Shown: piece by piece, positions 46,066 through 56,505 of the stretch
Position numbering within the stretch: the first letter of the stretch is position 1
Layout: each line of letters starts with the position of its first letter
DNA from: Synechococcus sp.
Lineage (GTDB): Bacteria > Cyanobacteriota > Cyanobacteriia > PCC-6307 > Cyanobiaceae
Direction: 5' to 3'
Length of the DNA: 64,000 bases
Assembly (NCBI GenBank): GCA_047285305.1
Contig: JBJBDL010000003.1
Coordinates: forward strand, 608,001 to 672,000
Notes under the pieces: model-generated
What the model saw: only the letters and a program-made list of their open reading frames with translations
Told to the model about the DNA's origin: nothing
The model's database searches: none
Program-made: the position numbers and the translations under genes

Positions 46066-47021
46066 AGGCTGGTTGGCGCGAGGCGGCGTTCAACAACGGT
46101 TGGACCTACCGCGACCGGGTGCCGCGGGCTGCTGCCGGCACTTTGGTGAGCGAATGGCTGGCGGATCGCTACCGCCACTCTGATGCTGGGTTGTGGCAGC
46201 AGCGGATCGCCGCCGGTGAGCTGGATTGGAACGAAGCGCTGCTGACCGGTGATCGAGCGTTACAGGGCGGTGAGACCCTCTGTTGGCGGCGTCCGCCCTG
46301 GTTGGAGGAGGCGATCCCCAATCAATGGGAGACGATCCACGACGACGGCGACCTGTTGGTGATCAACAAGCCTTCCGGTTTGCCGGTGATGCCCGGTGGT
46401 GGCTTCCTGCACCACACGCTCACGGCCTTGCTGGAACCTACCGGGGCCCGGCCGGTGCACCGCCTGGGGCGCTTCACCTCCGGTTTGCAGGTGTGTGCCC
46501 GCACGCCGCAAACCCGTGCCCTCTGGTCGAAGCAGTTCCGGCCCGACGGCGGTTGCCGCAAGGTGTATCAGGCCTGGAGTCAGCGGGTGCCGGGGTTGGA
46601 GTTGGGGCAGTGCCTAACGGTGAGCAGTGATGTGGTGGAACGGTCGCATCCGCTCTTGGGCTGGATCTGGGGGCCGGAACCGCTGAACGATGCGCCGATC
46701 CGCAAACGGCTTTCCGCCCACTCCGAGCTGGAGCTGTTGGAACGCACGGCTCAGGGCGATCGCTTGCAGGTGACGATCACCACCGGCCGGCCGCATCAGA
46801 TCCGCATTCATCTGGCGCAGCTGGGCAGTCCGCTGCTCGGGGATCCGTTGTATCTGATGAATCGCGAGATATCAGCCACCGCAACGCCCGGTGATGGGGG
46901 CTATCGGTTGCATGCCTGGCGGCTTTCGGGTCTCCCTCACTTGAGGGAGATCAACCTCCAGGTGGATCCCCCAAGTGAGGGAGATCAGGCCCTACGGAAC
47001 TCAATCAAGCGCGAGAAGTAG
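46062..47021 (+). CDS. RluA-family pseudouridine synthase-like protein
   Basis: Motifs NKPSGLPV, VHRLGRFTSG, TGRPHQIRIH, GDPLY, LHAW. Confidence 0.85.
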   Translation: MKAGWREAAFNNGWTYRDRVPRAAAGTLVSEWLADRYRHSDAGLWQQRIAAGELDWNEALLTGDRALQGGETLCWRRPPWLEEAIPNQWETIHDDGDLLVINKPSGLPVMPGGGFLHHTLTALLEPTGARPVHRLGRFTSGLQVCARTPQTRALWSKQFRPDGGCRKVYQAWSQRVPGLELGQCLTVSSDVVERSHPLLGWIWGPEPLNDAPIRKRLSAHSELELLERTAQGDRLQVTITTGRPHQIRIHLAQLGSPLLGDPLYLMNREISATATPGDGGYRLHAWRLSGLPHLREINLQVDPPSEGDQALRNSIKREK

Positions 47022-47698
47022 AAGGGGGCCTTGTTCAGGCTGCGGCGCACCAGCTTGAAACCGCAGGCTTCGGCTGCCTTCACGATGCCGTCTTCCTTGA
47101 GGGTGTAGGCCCGGGTGGTTTTGCTGGGGCCGGGGAACAGCTGGCCAATGCCCTTCAGCAGCGCCAGCAGCGGCGTGTAAGGCGCAAAGCTCACGATCAG
47201 GCGCTCTTCGGTGAGGCCGCAGAGGTGCTTCACCATCTCCTCGGCCGGTTGCTGGGGGTAGTGAATGAACACATCCAGGCAGCACACCGTGTGGAACGAG
47301 CCGCTCAGGCTTTCCAGGTCGCTGGCGAAGAAGTTCAGCTTGGCCATGTCGAGGCCAGCATCGCCGGCCCGGCGCTCGGCTTCCTGGGCCATGGCCTCTG
47401 AAATGTCGCTGGCGTTGATCGAGCCGGCCCCCATCGCCGCCAGCGGCAGGCTCAGGCTGCCCACACCACAGCCGGCGTCGCAGAAGCTCGCCTGGCTGAG
47501 TTCACCGCTCTCCTTGATCCAGGCCAGCACTTCATCCACGGTTTTCTGGTGACCGATGCGGATGTTGCGCTGCACCTTGTTCACGTCATCGCTGTCGCTG
47601 TAGATGCGGTTCCAGCGGTCGAAACCCGTGGTTTCGAAGTAGCCCTTCACCTCCTTTTTCTCGGCCTGTTTCTGCTCCAGCAGCTGATCGGGGGCCAT
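46985..47698 (-). CDS. chlM: Mg-protoporphyrin IX methyltransferase
   Basis: Motifs YFETTGFDRWNRIY, CDAGCGVG, CLDVFIHYP, FYFSRL. Confidence 0.97.
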   Translation of the reverse strand: MAPDQLLEQKQAEKKEVKGYFETTGFDRWNRIYSDSDDVNKVQRNIRIGHQKTVDEVLAWIKESGELSQASFCDAGCGVGSLSLPLAAMGAGSINASDISEAMAQEAERRAGDAGLDMAKLNFFASDLESLSGSFHTVCCLDVFIHYPQQPAEEMVKHLCGLTEERLIVSFAPYTPLLALLKGIGQLFPGPSKTTRAYTLKEDGIVKAAEACGFKLVRRSLNKAPFYFSRLIEFRRA

Positions 47699-47725
47699 GG
47701 CGGAAGGGTTTGTGTCGGCGGGATC

Positions 47726-48886
47726 CTAAGCAGCGCAGGCCCAGTGCAGATCACCCTCCTTCTGGTGCCAGCGCAGCAGTTGCGTCAGTGGCCGTCCCAC
47801 CAGGGCGTCCATGCACCCCGTTGCATCGCCGATCACCCGCCGCGGCGCCACCGTGGCGCTCCAGATCGCCGCACTGGGGGCGTCACTCCAGCGGGCCAGC
47901 CGTTTCACCCCCTCCAGTTGCGGCAGGGTCACTCCCGCCAGGGTGCCGTCCTCGAGGCGACAGGTGCCGTTCTCCACCAGCAGCACCCGCTCGTCCCAGC
48001 GGTGCTCTCCTTCGGCCAGGCCGTAGGGGGCCAGTGCATCGCTCACCAGCACCGTCTGCTCCGGTGCCAGCCGTTGCAACAGCACCGCCATCGTGGGGTG
48101 AACGTGCACGCCATCGGCGATCAGCCCCAGGGCAACCCCTCCGCGCCTGCAGGCTTCCCCCAGTGGCCCCGGTGCTCGGTGGTGCAACCCCGGCATGGCA
48201 TTGAAGGCGTGGGTGAGCATCGCCACTCCCTGATCGAACCCGGTGCTGGCCTGTTCGGCCGTGGCGGCGCTGTGGCCCAGGGCCACGCTGATGCCCAGCT
48301 CCCGCAGTCGCCCGATCACCGCAGCGGCTCCCTCCAGTTCGGGGGCCAGGGTGACCAGGGCAATCTCCGTTTCGAACCCACCAATCCGTTCCTCGAGAGC
48401 CTCCAGGCTGGGGCTGGCCAGGTGTTCACGGGGATGGGCACCGCGGCGGGCTTCGGCCAGAAAGGGGCCCTCCAGATGGGCCCCCAGCAGCTCGCAACGG
48501 CCGGGCCGGTGATGCTGCCGCGCTTGCCGCAGCACGGCCAGGGCCTGGCGCAGCGGCGTGATGCCACAGGTCACCAGGGTCGGGGCGATGGCTTCGACCC
48601 CATCGCGCCACAGCAGCTCGAGGAGTTGCAACAGCCGGGGTATATCCGCCTCGCTCAATTCCGGGAAGGCCAGCCCCAGCCCGCCATTGATCTGTAGGTC
48701 AACACCCCGGGGGCTGAGCCAGTCGCCCTTCCAGTTCGCATCGGCTTGTTGCGCCTCGTGTTGTGCCTCGGTGCCCATCGCCTCGATGCGGCAGATCAGC
48801 CCCTGGTCGTTCAGCTCGATCGCGTAGCGCTGGTCTCCGTCCCCAGGCAGGGGACCCGGCAGTCGAACGTTGGTGATCCGGTGCAT
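47726..48886 (-). CDS. nagA: N-acetylglucosamine-6-phosphate deacetylase
   Basis: Motifs DLQING, HLEGPFL, TLAPE, LGHS, THAFNAM, IADGVHV, VSDA, TLAG. Confidence 0.93.
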   Translation of the reverse strand: MHRITNVRLPGPLPGDGDQRYAIELNDQGLICRIEAMGTEAQHEAQQADANWKGDWLSPRGVDLQINGGLGLAFPELSEADIPRLLQLLELLWRDGVEAIAPTLVTCGITPLRQALAVLRQARQHHRPGRCELLGAHLEGPFLAEARRGAHPREHLASPSLEALEERIGGFETEIALVTLAPELEGAAAVIGRLRELGISVALGHSAATAEQASTGFDQGVAMLTHAFNAMPGLHHRAPGPLGEACRRGGVALGLIADGVHVHPTMAVLLQRLAPEQTVLVSDALAPYGLAEGEHRWDERVLLVENGTCRLEDGTLAGVTLPQLEGVKRLARWSDAPSAAIWSATVAPRRVIGDATGCMDALVGRPLTQLLRWHQKEGDLHWACAA

Positions 48887-48924
48887 CAACGCAACACTGG
48901 CTTCTGCGGCCATGGCGGGAGACG

Positions 48925-49479
48925 ATGGCAGTCTTGCCCTTCTGCGTTGTGCCGCCAGTGCTACTCCGTGTTGCCGTTGTGATGGGCAGTGACTCTGACC
49001 TGCCCACCATGGAACCCGCCGCCGCCATCTTGCGCGAGTTGGGGGTAGAGGTGGAGGTTCGGGTGCTCTCGGCCCATCGCACCCCCTTGGAGATGGTGAA
49101 CTTCGCTCAAGCGGCCCGGGGTCAGGGGTTTGGGGTGATCGTCGCCGGCGCCGGAGGGGCGGCCCATCTTCCCGGCATGGTGGCGGCCCTCACCACGCTG
49201 CCCGTGATCGGCGTTCCAGTGAAAAGCCAGGCCCTGTCCGGGGTTGATTCCCTCCATTCGATCGTGCAGATGCCGGGGGGGATTCCTGTGGCCACCGTCG
49301 CCATCGGTGGGGGCCTCAATGCCGGCTTGCTGGCGGCGCAGATCCTTTCGGTGGCCGACTCCGACTTGGCCCGGAAACTTGAGGCCTACCGCAGCAGCCT
49401 TCACGATGCTGTGGTCGCCAAGGATGCGCGCCTGGTTGATCTGGGCAGCACGGATTACCTCTCCCAGATGACTTCATGA
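48925..49479 (+). CDS. purE: N5-CAIR mutase (start could be about 48958)
   Basis: Motifs [39 protein letters not shown]. Confidence 0.98.
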   Translation: MAVLPFCVVPPVLLRVAVVMGSDSDLPTMEPAAAILRELGVEVEVRVLSAHRTPLEMVNFAQAARGQGFGVIVAGAGGAAHLPGMVAALTTLPVIGVPVKSQALSGVDSLHSIVQMPGGIPVATVAIGGGLNAGLLAAQILSVADSDLARKLEAYRSSLHDAVVAKDARLVDLGSTDYLSQMTS

Positions 49480-50105
49480 GTGTTCCCGTTCGTTCCACCC
49501 TGCGATCCACGCTGCTTTGGGCGGTGGTGCCGGCGGCCATCGTCTATGCGGTTGCCCTGGTCTGGAGTGGTGCTGAGGGCATCAGCGCCAAGCTGGTGTT
49601 GAAGGACTTGGCTTAGTCCTGCAAGGCGCCTTTGGGAGAAGGTTTCCTCTCCAGCGTGGGCTATCTGCTCTGGATGGCGGCGGCGGCTATTGCCTTGTTT
49701 GCGGCGTCCACTCGGCAGAGCCAGGGCTCCTTTTTGAATCGTCAATTCGCCCTCTGTGGGGGTGGTTTCTCACTTTGGCTCTGCCTCGACGACATGTTCC
49801 TGGTGCATGACCGCTACCTCGGTGAGGCGTTCCTTTACATCACCTACGCCTTCTTCACCGGGTTGCTGTTGTTCCGCTTCCGTTGCCCTCTGCGGCGCTT
49901 CGGTGGCGACACCTTTCTGGTGTCCGTGGTGTTGTTGGGCCTGTCGGTGTTGACCGATGCCCTCCAGGGGCTGTGGCCGGATTCCTACGAGACGGTGCAG
50001 ATTTTTGAGGAGGGATTCAAGTTCCTTGGGATTGCCGCCTGGCTCAGTTTTTGGTGCCATTACGTCAGTTCTTCCTCCAAGCCGGCCTCCCTTGAGCAGC
50101 ACTGA
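49476..50105 (+). pseudogene. Multi-pass membrane protein gene interrupted by an in-frame TAG at 49614-49616
   Basis: ATG overlaps the purE stop (ATGA). MSVPVRS...VLKDLA*SCKAPLGEGFLSS continues in the same frame to 50105; LDDMFLVHD and FEEGFK motifs. Confidence 0.75.
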
Positions 50106-50126
50106 TCGATTCGCGTCATCTCCTCG

Positions 50127-51212
50127 ATGACGCCCTGGCCGGCCTGGTTGCGGCTTGGTCTTCTGCTGCCTGTGCTGGGCTTGAACGCCTTTGTGCTGAA
50201 GCGTTTGCTGGTGCAGTTCGCCCCATTCCCCGGGCTGTTCCTCACCGCGGCCTTGATCGCCTTTTTGCTGGACCTGCCCTGCCGCTGGCTCTCGCAACGG
50301 GGTCTTCCCCGCGCCTGGGCCATCGTCAGCGTGGTCCTGGTGACCCTGGGGCTGCTGGTCTGGGCGGCTGTGGCCCTGGTGCCGCTGCTGATCGAACAGC
50401 TCAGCCAATTGCTCAGTGCCTCGCCGTCTCTGCTCACGGCGGCGGAGCAGTGGATCGATCGGGGTCAGCTCTGGGCGCTGGACCATGGCCTGCCGGCTGA
50501 TTTCGCTGATCTCAGCAGTGATCTGGTGGCTCAGTTCAGCCGTCTAGCGACGCAGTTGAGTCAACGCCTTTTGGGACTGCTGGGGGCCACGGTGGGCACC
50601 ACGATCAATGTGGTGATCGTGCTGGTGCTGGCGGTCTTCCTGCTGTTTGGGGCGGATCCGATCGTTGAAGGTCTGGCCCGCTGGCTGCCCGACCGTTGGC
50701 GGGATCTGGTGCAGACGACCCTCGAGCGCACCTTTCGGGGTTATTTCGCCGGCCAGGTGGTGCTGGCGCTGATCCTCAGTGGTGGTCAGCTTCTGGTGTT
50801 CACCGCCCTGAACATTCCCTACGGCGTCTTGTTCGCCGTGCTGATCGGCTTCACCACACTGGTGCCCTATGCCAGTGCCGTGTCGATCGTTTCGGTGAGT
50901 GCGGTGCTGGCGGTTCAGGACCCCCGCACAGGCCTTGAGTTGCTCGCCGCGGCGATCGTGGTCGGTCAGATCGTGGATCAGGTGATTCAACCGCGGCTGA
51001 TGGGCAGCATTGTTGGCTTGCAACCGGCCTGGTTGCTGATCGCCTTGCCCATCGGCGCCCGGGTGGGTGCGCTGTATGGCGTGGGGGATCTGCTGGGACT
51101 GCTGTTGGCGGTTCCGGTGGCCAGTTGCATCAAAAACCTGGCGGATGCCGCCAGGGCTGGCGAAGCCGACGTCAGGCGGCCGGAATCACCCCACGCTCCT
51201 GGAGCGCTTTGA
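50127..51212 (+). CDS. AI-2E (PerM) family transporter
   Basis: Transmembrane pattern with AFLLDLP, RGYFAGQ, LVPY, IQPRLMG. Confidence 0.88.
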   Translation: MTPWPAWLRLGLLLPVLGLNAFVLKRLLVQFAPFPGLFLTAALIAFLLDLPCRWLSQRGLPRAWAIVSVVLVTLGLLVWAAVALVPLLIEQLSQLLSASPSLLTAAEQWIDRGQLWALDHGLPADFADLSSDLVAQFSRLATQLSQRLLGLLGATVGTTINVVIVLVLAVFLLFGADPIVEGLARWLPDRWRDLVQTTLERTFRGYFAGQVVLALILSGGQLLVFTALNIPYGVLFAVLIGFTTLVPYASAVSIVSVSAVLAVQDPRTGLELLAAAIVVGQIVDQVIQPRLMGSIVGLQPAWLLIALPIGARVGALYGVGDLLGLLLAVPVASCIKNLADAARAGEADVRRPESPHAPGAL

Positions 51213-51822
51213 TCACCAGCTCCACGGAGTCGGCCAGATCCTGCTTGCCGGTGTCGATCTTCAGTTCGGGCGTCTCAGGTGCTTCGTAGGGGCTGGAGAT
51301 GCCGGTGAATTCCTTGATCTGCCCTGCCCGTGCCTTGGCGTAGAGGCCTTTGGGGTCGCGGGATTCGCAGACCTCGAGATCAGCGGCGCAGAACACCTCG
51401 AGGAAGTCGCCGTCCTCCACCAGCTCACGGGCCTTGTCCCGGTCAGCACGGAAGGGCGACACAAAAGCGGTCAGCACGATCACGCCCGCATCCAGGAACA
51501 GTTTGGCCACTTCTCCGATGCGGCGGATGTTCTCTTCACGGTCGGCATCGGAGAAGCCCAGGTCTTTGCAGAGGCCGTGGCGGATGTTGTCGCCATCCAG
51601 CACATAGGTAGCGAGTCCCCGCTCAAACAGTGCTGCGTTGACGGCATTGGCCAGGGTGCTCTTTCCGGAGCCGGAGAGCCCGGTGAACCAAAGAATGGCG
51701 CTGCGGTGACCGCGCTGCTTCGAGCGCTCGTCGCGGCCCACGGAGGCCTCATGCCAGGCGATGTTGGTGGACGCACCTTTGTTGGTGAGCTCTCCGTAGG
51801 TGGGGCTGGCGGTCATGGCCAC
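51172..51822 (-). CDS. cysC: Adenylyl-sulfate kinase
   Basis: Motifs WFTGLSGSGKST, LDGDNIRHGL, RDPKGLY, FTGISSPYE. Confidence 0.98.
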   Translation of the reverse strand: MAMTASPTYGELTNKGASTNIAWHEASVGRDERSKQRGHRSAILWFTGLSGSGKSTLANAVNAALFERGLATYVLDGDNIRHGLCKDLGFSDADREENIRRIGEVAKLFLDAGVIVLTAFVSPFRADRDKARELVEDGDFLEVFCAADLEVCESRDPKGLYAKARAGQIKEFTGISSPYEAPETPELKIDTGKQDLADSVELVIKALQERGVIPAA

Positions 51823-51847
51823 GGCATGAAGTGGCGGTCATTCTCCC

Positions 51848-52174
51848 TTAGCCCCCAGCCCGCTTCGGCCGGTATCCCTCCTTGCTGAGCAGGTCGAGCG
51901 CCAGATCCACCTGATCTCCTTGCAGTTCGATCACGCCGTCCTTGGCGGTCCCGCCACTGCCGATGCGTGTTTTGAGCTTCTTCAGCAGCGCCTTGAAGCC
52001 CGCAGCATCCAGCTCCAGGCCCCGGATCACCGTCACGGTTTTGCCACCTTTGCCACCACGGGTGGGCTGCACCCGCACCATTTGCTGCGCCTTGGCTGTG
52101 GGCTCGGCCGCAGGGCCGCTTGGTCGCTGCAGGCTCTCGGCACTGCTGAATTCCTGCCAGCCTCCCTTCGGCAT
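51848..52174 (-). CDS. SUI1/YciH translation initiation factor family protein
   Basis: MPKGGW...RGGKGGKTVTVIRGL...GSGGTAKDGVIELQGD. ATG at 52174. Confidence 0.92.
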   Translation of the reverse strand: MPKGGWQEFSSAESLQRPSGPAAEPTAKAQQMVRVQPTRGGKGGKTVTVIRGLELDAAGFKALLKKLKTRIGSGGTAKDGVIELQGDQVDLALDLLSKEGYRPKRAGG

Positions 52175-52273
52175 CCACCCATCGCAACCGGGTTGCATTG
52201 TCGATGACCGCCGATGCGGCGCCCCATGGCGTGACCGCCTGCTTACGCTGAACCGACGCTCCGCCGTGGATCC

Positions 52274-53530
52274 GTGACCAGCACCCTGCCCAACGCCAGC
52301 ACTCCGGATCCCTCCAGCCTGCAGCCAGCGGTGCGCCCCGGAGCCCACGGTCGCTTCGGACGATTCGGTGGCCAGTACGTGCCCGAGACCCTGATGCCGG
52401 CTTTGGCGGAACTGGAGCAGGCAGCGGCCCAGGCCTGGAACGATCCCGCCTTCACCGCCGAGCTCAACCGCCTGCTCAAGAACTACGTCGGGCGCGCGAC
52501 ACCGTTGTATGAGGCCGAGCGTCTCACCGCCCACTATCGCCGCGCCGACGGTGGCCCCCGCATCTGGCTCAAGCGGGAAGACCTGAATCACACCGGTGCC
52601 CACAAGATCAACAACGCCCTGGGGCAGGCCCTGCTGGCCCTGCGCATGGGCAAGAAGCGGATCATTGCCGAGACCGGTGCGGGTCAGCACGGCGTCGCCA
52701 CGGCCACTGTCTGTGCTCGCTTTGGTCTGGATTGCGTGATCTACATGGGCGCGGAAGACATGCGCCGTCAGGCCCTCAATGTGTTCCGCATGCGCCTGCT
52801 GGGCGCCACGGTGCAACCGGTGACGGCCGGCACCGCCACCCTCAAGGATGCCACCAGCGAAGCGATCCGCGACTGGGTGACCAACGTCGAGACCACCCAC
52901 TACATCCTTGGATCCGTCGCTGGTCCCCACCCCTATCCGATGTTGGTGCGGGACTTCCATGCCGTGATCGGTGAAGAAGCACGTCAGCAATGCCGTGAAT
53001 CTTTCGGGCGGTTGCCTGATGTGCTCATGGCCTGCGTGGGTGGTGGCTCCAATGCCATGGGCCTGTTCCATCCCTTCGTCGAATGCACCGATGTGCGGCT
53101 GATCGGTGTTGAGGCCGCCGGTGATGGTGTGGCCACTGGTCGCCACGCCGCCACGATCACCGAGGGCCGCACCGGTGTGCTGCACGGCGCCATGAGCCTG
53201 CTGCTGCAGGACGGCGATGGCCAGGTGATGGAGGCCCACTCCATCAGCGCAGGTCTCGATTACCCCGGTGTGGGGCCGGAGCACAGCTACCTGCGGGAGA
53301 TCGGACGTGCCGAGTACGCCGCAGTCACCGACCAACAGGCCCTCGATGCCCTGCGCCTGGTGAGTGAGCTTGAGGGCATCATTCCAGCCCTGGAAACTGC
53401 CCACGCCTTCGCCTGGCTTGAGCAGCTCTGCCCCACCCTGGCCGACGGCACGGAAGTGGTGATCAACTGCTCCGGCCGCGGCGACAAGGACGTCAACACC
53501 GTGGCGGAGAAGCTGGGGGATCAGCTCTAA
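52274..53530 (+). CDS. trpB: Tryptophan synthase beta chain
   Basis: Motifs [43 protein letters not shown]. Confidence 0.99.
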   Translation: MTSTLPNASTPDPSSLQPAVRPGAHGRFGRFGGQYVPETLMPALAELEQAAAQAWNDPAFTAELNRLLKNYVGRATPLYEAERLTAHYRRADGGPRIWLKREDLNHTGAHKINNALGQALLALRMGKKRIIAETGAGQHGVATATVCARFGLDCVIYMGAEDMRRQALNVFRMRLLGATVQPVTAGTATLKDATSEAIRDWVTNVETTHYILGSVAGPHPYPMLVRDFHAVIGEEARQQCRESFGRLPDVLMACVGGGSNAMGLFHPFVECTDVRLIGVEAAGDGVATGRHAATITEGRTGVLHGAMSLLLQDGDGQVMEAHSISAGLDYPGVGPEHSYLREIGRAEYAAVTDQQALDALRLVSELEGIIPALETAHAFAWLEQLCPTLADGTEVVINCSGRGDKDVNTVAEKLGDQL

Positions 53531-53540
53531 GGAGCGGATC

Positions 53541-54515
53541 TCAGGCCAGCAGCAATTCCAGGTGGCGGGCCACCCGCTGCACGGCGGCCCTTGCCGTGGC
53601 ATAGGCCATCCGCATCGGCCCCACCAGGGCCACATGGCCGAGCCCCTCGTTGCAGCGGTAGGGCGCCTGAACCACAGCACAGGCCTCCAGGGCTGGCTGC
53701 GGATGTTCGTCGCCGATCCACACCCGTGCGGATTCACCGCGGCTGATCAAGGTCCCGGGTTGGTCATCGATCAGTTCCAGCAGCGGCCGAAGGCTGGAGG
53801 TGCTTTCAAATTCCGGTTCGCTCACCAGCCTTGAAAGGCCATGCACCACCACCTGTGTGGAGTTGGCGGGGGTGGGCTGCTCAAGGGCGTTGCGCAGCGC
53901 AGCGCCGCTGCGTTGCAGCTGCCTGGGCAGTGCGTCCCAGTTCAGGTCGCCCTGCTCGAGCTGGGCCGACGCCCAGCGTTCCATCGCGGTGAGTTCGGCT
54001 TCAGCCCCGTGGGGCAGACGCAGGTTGAGGTGGCTGGCGCGGCCATTGGCTTCTACCAGCATCACCAGCAGTCGATCACCGCTGGGCACTAGACGGATCG
54101 TCTCCAGTTGCTGGTTCTCCTGCTGCGGTTGGGTGATCAGGCTCATCAGACCGGTGAAATCCGTCAGTCGCCGGGCCAGATGCATCAGCAGGTCGTCCAA
54201 ACCGGCCCAACGAAGACTGAGGCCGGTGAGCTCCCGTTCCAGGTGTTGAACAGCGATGCCGGGTTCCGGCAGTAGGGCATCCACGTAGTGGCGGTATCCC
54301 ATCGGACTGGGAACGCGTCCGGCGGAGGTATGCGGTTGATGCAGCAGTCCTCGGCGCTCAAGCGCCCCCATGGCGGAGCGAACGGTGGCAGAGCTGGCGG
54401 GGATGCCGAAGCGTTGCACCAGGGTGCGGCTGCCCACCGGCTCCATCGTGTCGACGTAGTGGTGCACCGTCGCCTGAAGCACCTGTTCTTGCCGAAGGGA
54501 CAGGGGCTTGCTCAT
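53541..54515 (-). CDS. hrcA: Heat-inducible transcription repressor HrcA
   Basis: Motifs EPVGS, SSATVRSAM, QPHTSAGRVPS, GYRHYVD, VGPMRMAY. Confidence 0.95.
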   Translation of the reverse strand: MSKPLSLRQEQVLQATVHHYVDTMEPVGSRTLVQRFGIPASSATVRSAMGALERRGLLHQPHTSAGRVPSPMGYRHYVDALLPEPGIAVQHLERELTGLSLRWAGLDDLLMHLARRLTDFTGLMSLITQPQQENQQLETIRLVPSGDRLLVMLVEANGRASHLNLRLPHGAEAELTAMERWASAQLEQGDLNWDALPRQLQRSGAALRNALEQPTPANSTQVVVHGLSRLVSEPEFESTSSLRPLLELIDDQPGTLISRGESARVWIGDEHPQPALEACAVVQAPYRCNEGLGHVALVGPMRMAYATARAAVQRVARHLELLLA

Positions 54516-54871
54516 CAGTAGCGGGGAACGCTGGGATCCACCTGAAGGCTCCAGGCATCAATGCCTCCCTCAAGGTTCCACACCTCAAGGCCCCAGGGTT
54601 GGTCCAGCAGCCACAGGCCGAAGTGGTAGCTGCGTACGCCGGCATGGCAGACCACCACGACGGGCTGATCGGGTTTGAGGTCGGCCTGCAGTGTTCCAAG
54701 CCATGCATTGGAATTGCTCAGGGGGCGGTGCAGCACCGCACCGGGGAAGGCAGCGATCGCAAGCTCAGCCTCCTCACGCACATCCACCAGTTGCGGTGAC
54801 GGTCGCTCGCTTTGCAGCCATTGCTGCAGTTCAGAGGCTTGGATTGGATGTGGTTGTTGCGAGTGGCCCAT
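54515..54871 (-). CDS. Single-domain rhodanese-like protein
   Basis: Motifs LVDVRE, CHAGVRS, NLEGGIDAWS, DPSVPRY. Confidence 0.9.
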   Translation of the reverse strand: MGHSQQPHPIQASELQQWLQSERPSPQLVDVREEAELAIAAFPGAVLHRPLSNSNAWLGTLQADLKPDQPVVVVCHAGVRSYHFGLWLLDQPWGLEVWNLEGGIDAWSLQVDPSVPRY

Positions 54872-54924
54872 CGCGCCATTCTGCGGTGATGGACAAAGAT
54901 GAGGCGACCCGAGACCGCCGGCCC

Positions 54925-56505
54925 ATGAAGGCCCGCCCCTTCCTCAGCGCTGCCGGCGCTGTGCTGTTGTCGCTGCTTTTGCTGGCCGCTGGCCTGCTCT
55001 GGACCATGAACCGCCAGAGCCCCTTGCGGCTGGCAGAGCAGCCGTTGCATCTGCCTCGGGCGGCCCGGTTTGTGCCCAGGGATGCTGACCTGTCCCTCCA
55101 TTGGCTGGCTGATCCAGGACGGTTGCCGGCCTATGCCCAGGCCGTTGCCCCTGCCTCCCAACGCCGCGATGCCCGTGATGGCGCCCGGCAATGGCGCGAA
55201 GGCGTCTTTGCCTTGGCGGGCCTCCAGTTTGGTCTTGAGCTGGAGCCCTGGCTTGGTGAAGAGGTCAGTCTCACCCTCACCGATGGGGATTCCAACACCG
55301 GTTGGGTGTTGGCTTTGACTAGTCGGGATGACGACGGCGCCCGGCGCTTTCTGCAACGGTTTTGGCAGACCCGCAGCCTGGCGGGCACCGACCTGCAGAT
55401 CAGCAGTTACCGCGGTATTGGTGTGATTAGTGGCCAGGGGGCGTTGGTGGGGCATGACCCCCAACCCCTGGCCACGGCCTTGATTGACGACGATCTGTTG
55501 CTCGTGGCTTCAGGCAGGGGTGTGCTGGAGCAGGCCCTCGATGTCTCACAGCTTCCGGATCAGCATCAGCTGGGGGATCAACGCCTGCAACGTCAGGTGG
55601 CTGAGCTCGGCGAGGGTGTGGCTCTGCTCACGGCATCTCCCCATGCCCTGGAGCATTGGCTGCAGCTTCCGCAGCTGGTGGCCCAACGAGACGATCTGAG
55701 CGGACTCGTGGCATCACTGCGACCGGAGGGTTCAACCCTGGCGGTGGACGGGCGCCTCGGGTTCCGGCAAGCCCTTGGCGCCGACCCCTGGCCTGGGCTC
55801 ACGGATCTGACGGCGTCGGCCGGAGGCCATGCCTACTGGCTGGCTCAGCTGCAGAATCCAGCCCGTTTGTTGAATCCCAGCGAAAGCCATCCGCTGGCCC
55901 AATGGTTCGCTCCGTTGCTGGAGCAGCGCCTGGCGGACCAGCCGGCGGCCGATGCTGTTGTTGGGGCCGATAATGGCTCTCTCCTCTGGCAGGACCAACC
56001 CGAGGGTTGGCTGCTGGCCACCCGCCCGCAAAGCCCCGCCAGGGATGCGGTGGATGCACGTCTGCAGGAGCAGGGCCTGACCCGTTCTGAGCTTGAGGGC
56101 GATGGCGAGGTGTTGAGCGTGTGGACGCGGCTGGTGCGCCAGCGGGGACGCCAGCCTGGGGTGGACGCTCAATTGGCTGTGGCTCAGGTTCGCTCGTCTG
56201 CGCTGAACTGGTGGGGAGAGTCCTTGATGGCTCTTGCGCAGCGCCAGAACGGGCGTGCCCTCCAGCCTCGTTTGAACCAGTGGCAGGAGCTCACAGCGTC
56301 CTCCCAACCCGCGCAGGCCCTCCTGCTGGCGGATGAGCCGGCCCGCGTACTGTTAGGGCAATGGCGGCCCTGGGCCCTGCTGCAGGTGATGGCGGGGCGG
56401 CCGCTCCAGGATCAGGTCCGCGGCCTTGCGGTGGCCATCGACGTTGATCGTAAGGAGCAGGCTGGTACCGAGATTCCCTTGCATGCCCGGCTCGAACTCG
56501 GCTGA
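54925..56505 (+). CDS. DUF3352-like membrane-anchored protein
   Basis: N-terminal transmembrane helix, AARFVP, EPWLGEEV, FLQRFWQ. Family name from recall. Confidence 0.7.
   Translation: MKARPFLSAAGAVLLSLLLLAAGLLWTMNRQSPLRLAEQPLHLPRAARFVPRDADLSLHWLADPGRLPAYAQAVAPASQRRDARDGARQWREGVFALAGLQFGLELEPWLGEEVSLTLTDGDSNTGWVLALTSRDDDGARRFLQRFWQTRSLAGTDLQISSYRGIGVISGQGALVGHDPQPLATALIDDDLLLVASGRGVLEQALDVSQLPDQHQLGDQRLQRQVAELGEGVALLTASPHALEHWLQLPQLVAQRDDLSGLVASLRPEGSTLAVDGRLGFRQALGADPWPGLTDLTASAGGHAYWLAQLQNPARLLNPSESHPLAQWFAPLLEQRLADQPAADAVVGADNGSLLWQDQPEGWLLATRPQSPARDAVDARLQEQGLTRSELEGDGEVLSVWTRLVRQRGRQPGVDAQLAVAQVRSSALNWWGESLMALAQRQNGRALQPRLNQWQELTASSQPAQALLLADEPARVLLGQWRPWALLQVMAGRPLQDQVRGLAVAIDVDRKEQAGTEIPLHARLELG

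Noticed and set aside
51848..53737. 629-aa minus-strand ORF that looks like a SUI1 fusion
   Set aside because: The upstream part is the antisense shadow of trpB. Only 52174-51848 resembles YciH/SUI1.
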